A DNA stretch of 64,000 bases from a virus (Duplodnaviria; Caudoviricetes), in the IMG/VR virus record IMGVR_UViG_3300030372_002234, positions 8,876 to 72,875 of that record; one strand, 5' to 3'. The stretch's first letter is position 1; each line of letters begins with the position of its first letter. Below the pieces are notes generated by a model. It was not told the DNA's origin, ran no database searches, and saw only the letters and a program-made list of their open reading frames with translations. The translations under genes were made by a program, and so were the position numbers. Of this stretch, positions 12,001 to 17,047 are shown one piece after another.

Positions 12001-12889
12001 TGCTGTGCGAACTAGAAAACTACAAGCTTTGAACGCTATTAGAGAGCTTGTGTTTACTGCTTCCACTAAGTTTGCTAAACAGCCCTCATTAAGTACTCAG
12101 CCTTTAGGGGCTAGAAACGCTGGTGTGTTGGCTACCTTCTTTACACGCCTTACAACCTATGCTTCGTCTTCTGCTAATACCTTAAGAAGAGCTATGTTTG
12201 TTGGTCCGTCTACGTTTGCTGCTGCCTTTACTGCTCACATGATTACGGGATGGTTATACTATAAGCTTATTCAGCTTCAGGGTTTCCGTACTATCGAAGA
12301 AATGAAGAGAGAATTACAAAAAGACCCAATGGGTGAATTAACTGATGCTGTAATGTCTGTTCCGTTCCTTGGAGCTAACCAAATGGTTATCAGTATGCTT
12401 CTTCAGATGATGCGCGGAGAACGACCTGTGAACTCCAAGCCTTACGATATTGCTGCTCTTAATGCGGCTAACACTCTCTTACAGTTACCCGTAAGAGTTA
12501 CAAAAGCTGTTCAAGATATTATTAACGGTGATTGGGAAAAAGGAACGGCTAACCTTGCCCAAAGAATGCCTGTTCCCCATGCGTGGGCCTTAGCTATTGC
12601 TTTAAGAAATGCCGGAGCATTTGAAAAGGACGTTCAAATTGGTAGGCTTAGTCCTAAGTATAGAGGACAACTTAAACCACAGCCTATCCAACCTCCTGCT
12701 AGATCTGAAGTTACTAAGAACCCAATTAATACATCTGTATTAGAACCTCAGGTTGAAGTAGGTAAACCTCAGGTAACTCCTGAGCATACCAACCCAGAGA
12801 CAGGTATGACAACTCCTTCATCTGTAGAAGAAGACAGAGTTGGAGAACTTTTAAAAGAATTAGAAAGTAAAGGGTTTGAACCAGTGTAA
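41..12889 (+). CDS. Giant internal virion (ejection) protein, T7 gp16-like C-terminus, carrying an embedded single-subunit RNA polymerase domain; 5'-truncated by the window
   Basis: 4282-aa ORF whose frame stays open back to nt 2, so the true start is upstream of the window. RNAP motifs: IHDAIF (aa 1363-1368), DADSSG (aa 1494), KDVY (aa 1529-1532), KEILKSPVMTDSYG (aa 1587-1600). Degenerate zincin-like LEEIGHALGH at aa ~2947. The helical C-terminus with GVLATFFTRLTTY resembles the end of podovirus ejection proteins. Confidence 0.8.
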   Translation: MVKRAHDGKTVGRYRAASAVGKTLRGIGEATMFSRRLLPTQIVSELFFPSLKFLRHSRAMKKGDDAADAATSWWKYLKNENYLGDSVGRRMLHRSIGGAMEGVVWGSIEYGVMEDYQDRTNSLIFGNDAAAALALDRDRSGAYGHMLMFGVAFGGLGGPLIGETFTQVGKIPQGMMIGGMKMSQWADQVLSPGGQEAMGYAKAPFAKRFGARIVQGTGNAVTWLGGGNQYSVEQQYLMYKALSKISQTELLKMAEADDNGVAMTKVLQDIEDRISKYQWAASEAGLDIREAFKSAEDVMDGKPEKERTSSAFIKQVEDHLEGQEIAARGKAGFRSRVRQAVLAEFQERMRSGQDVGIMEKAMEEADPNNPPSDPEVSNLNKTVTDIQEESAKVSKEREAVVQEQARRKEGLEPDEPARTPEQIEGEFAEQVKLRDEETIAAKTEENNKAKAELKELNKSKRKGVSKKQFKKDNPRVEELETTIRETDKFLADAEEAKKVSIEEAEAKKNAELEEAKKDLQNLSDDELTERLNDLDVILGERLYELESEAYAYWQANPEKFVKYIAYFRKKVLEERLNGDTPNANGMPPMFAAIDGLEVDGAVNMIQLFAPGTYFTRDELIRVRRQLKTEDQRFITAALEGSQDGEFDLTKAEARALTTRIKDILVEEAVNKDYTSEEMRFMNAIINEPSAETIEKAFASTRVETYVNNMMIDAAKNNKVLTADDLMLYNQDPELVIETFVKAKQDLAKLMVEVRDGNYTTILRSQGKNVLDTLGEGVEGYKKSGKGITNKWKADFLAKYFSENEEFTATKAEMLEVFEVNDEFVGPTLQQPARTSEQMDLVKARIKDLLEDVVNQQAEKIKMSEVRARRKRAGYAKQREKTQNAYAKWYESSTKLSNKTKADQDKVVFQRARNKLKEMRDSINKAVDAEWENGTIKADWIARQSKRLDVQYRPNFAHARPLVKVLSMLQAHLLGTARWKRDSLSGFFVDTTITRKDLISILETAEEGYGFIANIDEIAIGARVGEGYDGEKVIQALLTKLKSTDQTLGNVLSAGFEKNLGIHFGKKLPYATDVFGSRGDLRNLMTSLKGQLEGKQAYARGKAGAGEYAGNRGDGNIDEATWNSSFNEEFITRLGYIATEGSQRARNLLAALDGLSPEKQIATALKFINEFIPEGQNKLKSFSQLGGGTEAIDWVGPKRAAQAVLSALSTERPYANKVAESYVVKGERNRPERARRLSNIDEDGIYIQHDSDPIIQRNYERATADHAMNWLLKKLDNPDLDAEARKDIYKKLQAWLENFPEQAVLNDAVRAALPQQGLSFVPRWMVTGPDADIIGKNFGTGIEGQIQYNLAMSKVNTPALMATIHDAIFVGLPSMMTKSGDVAASPSWNFKVGDDHVLRGIGFGFQTLIARKGSFEDALNHVHQIMYGYKGLVEEARASYNTMSQKRVEGLTGKTFDTNDEFVGWMAQEFPKLDTAKKEAIIKELFPALASSYMDADSSGSNIMLALVMGQDTDFGNLWKTIKEADEGNKDVYNEAHSEAVINAYKHVESYVLERIEKRDFNGKAGLEEVYNDLGKVFTVLKDEGLSKEILKSPVMTDSYGIGVAKMKESIIESFGKPSVKEELIKRGLFTEEDYDAKIYQLSDTLATLLSKGVDSKLGGWIKQSLFAKGGLDNKKLGEILNNWRRTESGQRVRTGDEQRSVADSNNFMSDMTSGSTTANFKAGNSEEISMFDNMFDEVTRQISVLAEITGDVESAKAHVNNLVNLITDDLKGDKNVEKLMAEGKFAEAQREIDIAFNKMSEESVMVKALNSYMAQGYGFDETAFRGQLEAILGKGKADTINQILGRLNPLARQAMKGQMFRQLAISAETRNFVKNNFDQIADKILRLQAEESPLGLGKLVMEPLSEEDIRQRTILQAVKELSEIYDLEKLELEVGGERFKNLTWEDYFKQWEKDSGTGLEIRAAAIDAFKNVRWKAMLDEIDQRLAENKESNDAEVMSLEMQKEAIEQTMKMLARIIDATNEGRPTDAAKRLELVTESRNVVNTGSMPGLLGALPQTTTRRFEGAPIPILRMAQLEQTAEVKQLRSLERGAQQADTTKAVFSDAELSRPLSPEDLADVQTYKGSMYDVPLASKPIYGLQDSPSPFIAAELLQAELTNFANQVGGVAKKYLSEGNFFKLYNTHRHYVAAQEAMKADTVYRDIAKSLSEKREQLLKDRPTSDALDTESFLNQSEDYVNLKLELDKAQDNALMVRNEVLAIDGSWAKDVEERAWSIMSMSGETLETVSNGRTWGEAVNKTALDNQRSGNMIAWLAPPAKTPGEVILDGSNTAKLRYEDKSETAMLPRSAHSVDASAGLYMSNYIQVTGWFEGLKSILKREPTSREITVFARWADAKARFDVDEQNKLLSNFGKEIAPYKDLTEKQLTDIMGRGQDIAAQNFRDANNAIAYMAKPVIREQVKESLKAQLGDDFEAKVAERTGGLTLEELMNFKRKLTDENTTIFVNPLGVVIAPHKVVGDGIVNLTMQERVLALQGIQNQTVVDRMRLATMFDRKLPMNSELSSRMGGYDPFTKFNGMTIDKARRNAAVLTDALEVLQGRRSTEKLSVAIDRRNVVRRGTLTEAPMKFVKFSNEINEEGAKDARMLLAENTLEMLPLSEDSLKKINALRNTFDPYDEADWANGIQVAMMVSKDSAYNVFKQRVLAEERLSARSRDSNPDEFNKQFDARWEKVKPIVDELRNELNILNRDSDVVSNFLNRNDVFFGETAIDSTTHETFNSLYSQKIKIEQAVQMELLNRTLVPDNTSFDREVQFIKPMADLNGIIPRSDGTQLKPNTIDARIQDYPKTDGHLMLTHRLDTFVNTGILNKDQASVLKLAFWNYDTEALGKIFDPMKTDSPLRFDVLDGVDYMGKYEQLNKAFTDGVVHRIGLLRNMSSKFDDPSSLGPAAVVLEEIGHALGHKLDSDTQINFIERVKKIEMATIEEAEKLLYGEGGPKNKKRLEQLREDFRRIKDMEIPENAAKRTELFGAMFALSGLHKAKNQWDTITDGAATQTALSDAHSIIKSLGKLADISGVDADTLNGKSLFTGVEETIRSSINLDVRLNKRSQPTDENRLDENHGPRHVDVDVAKRNEDIRRAKVEKETDDLIEQIRDPRTGQVDISLLGNADKMSVTVRDTIILRVMEDHVKRSTSGSRVDTPFSSYLSAMAFGKLTPNQVARYGELLSSPFGMRQFAFATDGEIPLTAAVEHLFNGADSQSYFTTGAFQDAMPTIQGLGLYLRGEFEKVIPALALLKGQNMTKGPLGPTGGETTPWSLYSTLWREMVMDYQGKDRAKEVLVNKLKSMKDNDPDFVKFLGNKKKSDEFLDIMADTADSWANPKEGLWASIVDSMVQAGMVKESKRNDLIANAAYPIKFKDSIFKNMTDIDGDTPRRELRRAMVDIVRGRMEHSEDVDIDILQIALADVLPSPSERRGKNLETYINNLPNEIQALLKTPEIKGNIDVLLGKIRRGDITLKDLGDDVRTRYMDTLKSDDLVGNEDPRKKAMLLELSEEFRNKLAKSQKTSTLDLQPTTAAEFVANRYMNNIGSSSYSFAGDAFLSPKQLWEDPRIAKFLEDDPISLLDSVKRGTAAQAFDRATYSNYFGIKGFGMKDLIELYKKAANGENTHHEFNMMFMTKDMTLDEHKRTMTHDERQKFKAGIDHIDSMYKYSVGTLSTLDNPHAAPFLSIINVISELGTALSIAPRLAIATAIEETPMSIGSVLKDNLLGAKREMQDVLAIAKSTKDIHETLEGLGHITSSVMHQAAALAAKMGDDGSGSYGVTDKKKIKQIYKFLSTGMNKQVMAARSLGAMQYVHRLDSIFSNIAGDISIKAEDTARGKSMSFMRQGTGGFHVNADEIYLRLQEQFDGDFTNITLDEFKKTTKELGIDEEISRDILEAVKMGLFEEDKYQFFRNMWVENREQILRTGVPFDKLRLKITADYDQHVRAGKDGDAVRTRKLQALNAIRELVFTASTKFAKQPSLSTQPLGARNAGVLATFFTRLTTYASSSANTLRRAMFVGPSTFAAAFTAHMITGWLYYKLIQLQGFRTIEEMKRELQKDPMGELTDAVMSVPFLGANQMVISMLLQMMRGERPVNSKPYDIAALNAANTLLQLPVRVTKAVQDIINGDWEKGTANLAQRMPVPHAWALAIALRNAGAFEKDVQIGRLSPKYRGQLKPQPIQPPARSEVTKNPINTSVLEPQVEVGKPQVTPEHTNPETGMTTPSSVEEDRVGELLKELESKGFEPV

Positions 12890-12987
12890 ATTAAAAACCC
12901 AGTGTATTGTAACTAAAGGTTACTCACTACATATTTTATTTGTTATTTTATAATTAGGGATCACTATAGATAACCGGGGGGATAACT

Positions 12988-13194
12988 ATGGAAGAGATCA
13001 TTATTACTATTGCAATCAGTATTGCTGGACCCGCTCTACTGGGCATCTTTGGGCTGATCTGGCGGTTATCCGCTAAAGTGAGCCTTCATGAAAAAATGAT
13101 TGAAGCACACGACAGGCGTATCAGGGATAACCTGAGCCGCCTTCAGAAACTAGACGATAAACAATACTCTATTGTTAAAAATATTAAAATGTAA
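12988..13194 (+). CDS. Small membrane protein (N-terminal transmembrane helix plus coiled coil; XhlA/holin-accessory-like)
   Basis: Hydrophobic IIITIAISIAGPALLGIFGLIW followed by a charged coiled coil; G-rich SD-like run upstream; same architecture as ORF 59188-59367. Confidence 0.6.
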   Translation: MEEIIITIAISIAGPALLGIFGLIWRLSAKVSLHEKMIEAHDRRIRDNLSRLQKLDDKQYSIVKNIKM

Positions 13195-13231
13195 TTTTAC
13201 TGGCCCCTTGGGCCGCTGTCAGGAGTCTACC

Positions 13232-13768
13232 GTGATTAAGTACCTTGTTCTGGCTACGCTTCCGTTGTTACCTATGGATGATACCGATAACGATAATTCA
13301 ATAATGGACTATCAAATCTATCAGAATGGTCCTCGTACTGTGTACGAAGGGGCTGCTAAACTCAAGTGGGACGAAAACGTAAATGCTTGTGTTGAATACA
13401 CTTTCGATCTCGTACCGGGGCGGTTGGCGGGATCTGCTATCTCTTCCGATCCGGGTCAACCGATGCTTCCTTTCGATGAGGTCTTGATCTTTGATGATGA
13501 GATCTACGTTAGTTGGGAGCGGAACCGCACTGACTTATGGCCTACTCCTACGGAGTGCCATCGGAGATTCCACTTTTTTATTATTAAAACAGAATTTAAT
13601 GCTGATGACCTCAGTGAACTCTTAAGTGACTGGGGTCCACCTTATGTGGTTGACGCTCCGTGGCCTGAGGAGGATTACACCTACCTCTCGCCTTGGGATC
13701 TTAATCTGGATACTGTGGTGGACGGGAAAGACTTAGCGATTCTTCTAGCAGGGTGGAAAATCGATTAG
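13232..13768 (+). CDS. Secreted-type protein with dockerin/EF-hand-like Ca-binding repeats
   Basis: GTG start 6 nt after AGGAG; signal-like IKYLVLATLPLLPM; C-terminal FNADDLSELLSDWGP and WDLNLDTVVDGKDLAILLAGW. Confidence 0.7.
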   Translation: MIKYLVLATLPLLPMDDTDNDNSIMDYQIYQNGPRTVYEGAAKLKWDENVNACVEYTFDLVPGRLAGSAISSDPGQPMLPFDEVLIFDDEIYVSWERNRTDLWPTPTECHRRFHFFIIKTEFNADDLSELLSDWGPPYVVDAPWPEEDYTYLSPWDLNLDTVVDGKDLAILLAGWKID

Positions 13769-13853
13769 GGGGTCAGGAATTTACAGAGGGGTAAATATGA
13801 ACAACTGTGTTCAGTTTCCCCCCTTACCCCCCGATTCTGAAAGGAATCAAACA

Positions 13854-14441
13854 ATGTCGTATTCATTTGACTGCTTCTGTACTGCGTTCTCTATGCTTGT
13901 TCATGCTATTGCTGGTAATAAATCTACCCTTGACGCAAAAGCCGACAAAGAAAAGGCTGCAAAGCTTGCTCTTGAATTCTTTAAGCAAATGGGACTTGAT
14001 GTTATTACCCCGCTTAATCGAATTCGCGGTGCGGTCAAGCACGAGTTGCTTGGCGGCACGGCTGATTACCTTGTAATCCACTTCCCTACACAGTGGATTT
14101 GCATTAAGGGTTATGTCTATAGGGTGACTACCATCTGTGAGGTCCATCAGTATAGGATCGAGAAAGCTCAGGACGCAAGAGACTGGGCTTTCGAGGTTGA
14201 GAAGCCTTGGCGATTCCAGACTATTGTTTGGGATGGCGAGACCGGCGAACAAGTTGGCTATGAATTTGAAAGTGACTGCTACGAAGATGTCACTGATATG
14301 CAGATGATTACCCAAGCCACCAGTGATTTTGTCGAAGCCGAAGTGCAAGAAATTGTAAAGCAAGTCACTGATGAGGTCGTTGAAGAAGTATGTGATGACC
14401 TTCGTCGCGCCGGTATTCTTGACGATGACCGGATGAACTAA
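13854..14441 (+). CDS. Hypothetical early protein
   Basis: In-frame ATG at 13854 after AAAGGA SD; acidic C-terminus; no recognisable family. Confidence 0.7.
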   Translation: MSYSFDCFCTAFSMLVHAIAGNKSTLDAKADKEKAAKLALEFFKQMGLDVITPLNRIRGAVKHELLGGTADYLVIHFPTQWICIKGYVYRVTTICEVHQYRIEKAQDARDWAFEVEKPWRFQTIVWDGETGEQVGYEFESDCYEDVTDMQMITQATSDFVEAEVQEIVKQVTDEVVEEVCDDLRRAGILDDDRMN

Positions 14442-14519
14442 ACTCGACTGAGCGAGTATAAACAGCCATTAGGCTCAGTGCGTCGGGCTGTACCCATAAC
14501 TGGGTACGGCTCGGGTTGG
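14442..14519 (+). ncRNA. Pistol self-cleaving ribozyme (copy 1)
   Basis: P1 ACTCG/CGAGT; loop ACTGAG pseudoknots with CTCAGT; conserved ATAAACAG, TTAGG and GCG; P2 CCA/TGG; 14-bp P3; G-T cleavage dinucleotide at 14515-14516. Confidence 0.9.
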
Positions 14520-14525
14520 ATTTTG

Positions 14526-14537
14526 TTTCCACTATCA
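14526..14537 (+). promoter_or_regulatory. TTTCCACTATCA box (copy 1 of 4; candidate phage RNAP promoter or leader element)
   Basis: Same box at 14871-14882 and 15875-15886, and TTCCACTATCA at 16527-16537; 33-35 nt before an ATG in three cases. Confidence 0.55.
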
Positions 14538-14560
14538 CTCGATTCTGAAAGGAATCAACT

Positions 14561-14821
14561 ATGATTGGTCACTACGATGCCGTTCGCGTTATTATCCGTG
14601 CTCTGTTGCATAAGGAGGACAGGCCGTCTGATGTGCTCCTAGAGATCCTCAATATGGCTATGACACGCCTTGCTGAAGAGCGTGAAGTGGTCTGCGAGGA
14701 AGGCCCAATTTGGGCACCCGATGGCATGGACAGACGCTTGTCTGAAATCGAAGACAAGACATACGCGCTTCTTGACTGCATCGAAAAGCTTAAGCAGCCG
14801 TACGTTAACAGGGATTTCTGA
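14561..14821 (+). CDS. Hypothetical early protein
   Basis: 86-aa ORF with AAAGGA SD and the shared early leader module. Confidence 0.7.
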   Translation: MIGHYDAVRVIIRALLHKEDRPSDVLLEILNMAMTRLAEEREVVCEEGPIWAPDGMDRRLSEIEDKTYALLDCIEKLKQPYVNRDF

Positions 14822-14828
14822 TCACCCA

Positions 14829-14873
14829 CAAGCGTGTCCTCTACCGGGGATGACGGCTTGTTTTGTTTTGTTT
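14829..14873 (+). terminator. Hairpin followed by a T-rich tract (terminator- or processing-site-like)
   Basis: CAAGC..TCCTC-TACC-GGGGA..GCTTG followed by TTTTGTTTTGTTT. Confidence 0.45.
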
Positions 14874-14904
14874 CCACTATCACCCGTTCTCGAAAGGAGA
14901 ACAC

Positions 14905-15138
14905 ATGGCTTTGTACAGCAAAAAAGAATTGGACAAGTTCAGAGAAATCGCTCGATTCTTCAAGGGATTCGATACTAGCATTCGATCTGGCTCATCGTCA
15001 GAGGCTATCGATGTTGTTATCGGAATGGTCAACCGTGACCGTCCTGTTGTCGAGTCTCTCATTAACCCACGCAATTCATTTGAAATGCAGAGTGACAGTT
15101 GCCCTGAGACGGGCATTGTCTACGGCGATCTTTCCTAA
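14905..15138 (+). CDS. Hypothetical early protein
   Basis: ATG at 14905 after AAGGAG; MALYSKKELDKFREIARFF... Confidence 0.7.
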   Translation: MALYSKKELDKFREIARFFKGFDTSIRSGSSSEAIDVVIGMVNRDRPVVESLINPRNSFEMQSDSCPETGIVYGDLS

Positions 15139-15163
15139 CCTCGCTCTTGAAAGGAGCAACAAC

Positions 15164-15640
15164 ATGGGTGTTTCATTCATGCTCTACCGTACTGACACCG
15201 AAGGCAAGCACCAGCCTGTCGAAGGAGAACGCTTCGAGATCCACTGGTCCTACTCCAGTTGGGCCTACTTCAGGGATGGTGTCCTCAACGCCCTGAAGGA
15301 TGCATACGTTGTGGCCACCAAGGTCCGCAACGATGCTCGTCGGTCGTGGGAGAACGAAGAGAACAAGTCGGACAAGTTCTGGCTTGACAGCTTCGAGGAT
15401 GCTGCGGCTAACGTCCAGCGTCTTGCTGACCTCAAGACCTACTGGGTTGACGGCGACAACCCTGACGAGCAGGTCGATGCGGTCTGGTCCTTCGACAAGG
15501 CCAAGGTGATCGAGTGTCTCTTTGAGGCTCTGGTCATCGACTCTGAGAAGTCGGTGCATCCGTTCGTCGAACGGGACCGTCTCGCGTGGGTGCTGCGTTA
15601 CCTCACGGTGAACGATGGCGATCACCTTGTGGTTGCCTGA
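15164..15640 (+). CDS. Hypothetical early protein
   Basis: ATG at 15164 after AAGGAG; GC-rich codon use. Confidence 0.75.
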   Translation: MGVSFMLYRTDTEGKHQPVEGERFEIHWSYSSWAYFRDGVLNALKDAYVVATKVRNDARRSWENEENKSDKFWLDSFEDAAANVQRLADLKTYWVDGDNPDEQVDAVWSFDKAKVIECLFEALVIDSEKSVHPFVERDRLAWVLRYLTVNDGDHLVVA

Positions 15641-15646
15641 ACCCAC

Positions 15647-15725
15647 ACTCGTCTGAGCGAGTATAAATAGACGTTAGGCTCAGAGCGGCAGGCCGCACCC
15701 TTCACTGGGTGTTGGTCTGCGTCGT
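15647..15725 (+). ncRNA. Pistol self-cleaving ribozyme (copy 2)
   Basis: P1 ACTCG/CGAGT; TCTGAG/CTCAGA pseudoknot; ATAAATAG, TTAGG, GCG; P2 ACG/CGT; long P3; G-T at 15721-15722; compensatory changes relative to copy 1. Confidence 0.9.
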
Positions 15726-15907
15726 GAAAGGAGATCAAGGATGGTCTCAGCTAAGGAAGGCACTTTCCCTTATTGGATGTTTAACCCAGACGGCCCTTGC
15801 GGGGGCCAGCCCCTCACGGGGCAGTCTGGGGTACGTGACCCTTCGATCCTTGCGGGTAGTTTCCCCGCAGGGAGTTTCCACTATCATGCTCTCGAAAGGA
15901 GCAACCC

Positions 15908-16426
15908 ATGTCTTATTCTGCATCGTTCATGTTCGATCACTGTCGCCTCATCTACAACGTTCAGGGTGAGGACGGCTATCTGTTCAACATCAACACCGTG
16001 ACTGGCAAGCTGGCTGAGTTCTGCTGGCTGAAGCCCTCCACGGTGGAGTTCGAGGTGAACAACATCAGTGATGATACCGTCGAACTCCAGCGGACCAAGC
16101 CGAGAGCCGTGAAGCTCAAGGTCCAGCCTCTCCGCAAGCTGGAGTACTTCTTCAACTGGTGTACCAACGAGCCGCTGCCCTGCGCTGCCCGTGCCATCCA
16201 CACGCTGCGGAGCAAGAAGGACAGCATTCGCTTCGTTACTGCTGGCCCTGTCGGCGTTCCGGGTGGTCTTCAGGTCTGCTTCCGTCAGTCTCCCGGTCCT
16301 GTGACCGAGTGGCAGCCCTTCACGGCTGGCTACGGTGGCGAGTGGCTCCCAATGAAGCTGGAGCACATGTCTCGCACGTTCAACCTGTGGCAGGACCGCA
16401 TCCTGAAGGAAGCCTTGGCTGACTAA
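15908..16426 (+). CDS. Hypothetical early protein
   Basis: 172-aa ORF with AAGGAG SD and the early leader module. Confidence 0.75.
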   Translation: MSYSASFMFDHCRLIYNVQGEDGYLFNINTVTGKLAEFCWLKPSTVEFEVNNISDDTVELQRTKPRAVKLKVQPLRKLEYFFNWCTNEPLPCAARAIHTLRSKKDSIRFVTAGPVGVPGGLQVCFRQSPGPVTEWQPFTAGYGGEWLPMKLEHMSRTFNLWQDRILKEALAD

Positions 16427-16444
16427 TCGGTCTTTGCTGCGGTA

Positions 16445-16508
16445 CGAAGACCGAAGAGCCACGACCGAAGGCCCGAAGTCACTCAAACCGAAGACCGAAG
16501 GCCCGAAG
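16445..16508 (+). repeat. Short direct-repeat array (C)CGAAG x7
   Basis: CGAAG at 16445, 16452, 16466, 16474, 16489, 16496 and 16504; GACCGAAGGCCCGAAG twice (16463-16478, 16493-16508); lies in a ~320-bp non-coding gap. Confidence 0.8.
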
Positions 16509-16748
16509 ACCCGTCCTTGCGGGTAGTTCCACTATCACCGGACTCGCATAGAGGCATTCCCCGCGTGTAGTCCCCGCCAGAAGCCGTAGAATCCCGACTG
16601 CGGTCCTCGCGTGGACTCGATGAGTTCCTCCCCGTTTACTTTTACTGTCCGTTAGGCGGCCTCTCCGGCCCTCTCACGGCATTTCCGGGTTCACCTGTTC
16701 GTATGGTGGCCCCTGCTTATTTCTCTCCGTTTCTCGAAAGGAAACAAC

Positions 16749-17036
16749 ATGTCGAAGATTAGATTGGTCGTTCGTTCCACTGCGGAGCTTAACGAAGAAA
16801 TCGCAAAGAAGAAGGAAGCCCTTCTCAACGTCCGGGCAGACCTCGAAGCAGCACGGAAGCGTATGGACAGCCTCAGGCGTGATTTCCATGAGGCCCAGAT
16901 GGATGTCAGGACTTTCACGGATCTCAAGGACACCTTCGAGGAGCGTCTCGGTGAGCTTCAGTTCTTCCTTGGTCAGAACGACATCTACGAACAGATGGTC
17001 GATCAGGGCATCATTGCCGAGCCGGTTGAAGATTAA
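16749..17036 (+). CDS. Hypothetical coiled-coil protein
   Basis: 95 aa with a heptad-like charged helix; AAAGGA SD. Confidence 0.75.
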   Translation: MSKIRLVVRSTAELNEEIAKKKEALLNVRADLEAARKRMDSLRRDFHEAQMDVRTFTDLKDTFEERLGELQFFLGQNDIYEQMVDQGIIAEPVED

Positions 17037-17047
17037 ACTAACCCAAC

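Noticed and set aside
12950-12972. TAATTAGGGATCACTATAGAT resembling a T7 class III promoter
   Set aside because: Only the CACTATAG core matches, and I found no repeated copies before other late genes; a motif search is needed.
14448-14456. CTGAGCGAG first read as a hammerhead CUGANGA core
   Set aside because: The spacing is wrong and there is no GAAA partner; the pistol fold explains the sequence fully.
15741-16001. ORF MVSAKEGTF... with an apparent SD
   Set aside because: It runs through strongly paired RNA structure and the leader box and overlaps the better-supported 15908 gene; kept only as an alternative explanation.
16445-16508. Repeat array considered as a CRISPR or mini-array
   Set aside because: Units are 5-8 nt with irregular 2-10 nt gaps, with no spacer-length unique sequences and no cas genes.
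16600-16635. GGTCCTCGCGTGG resembling the L3 loop of HDV-like/theta ribozymes
   Set aside because: I could not build the P3 and P1 helices around it, and no HDV-like fold follows any of the three tRNAs.
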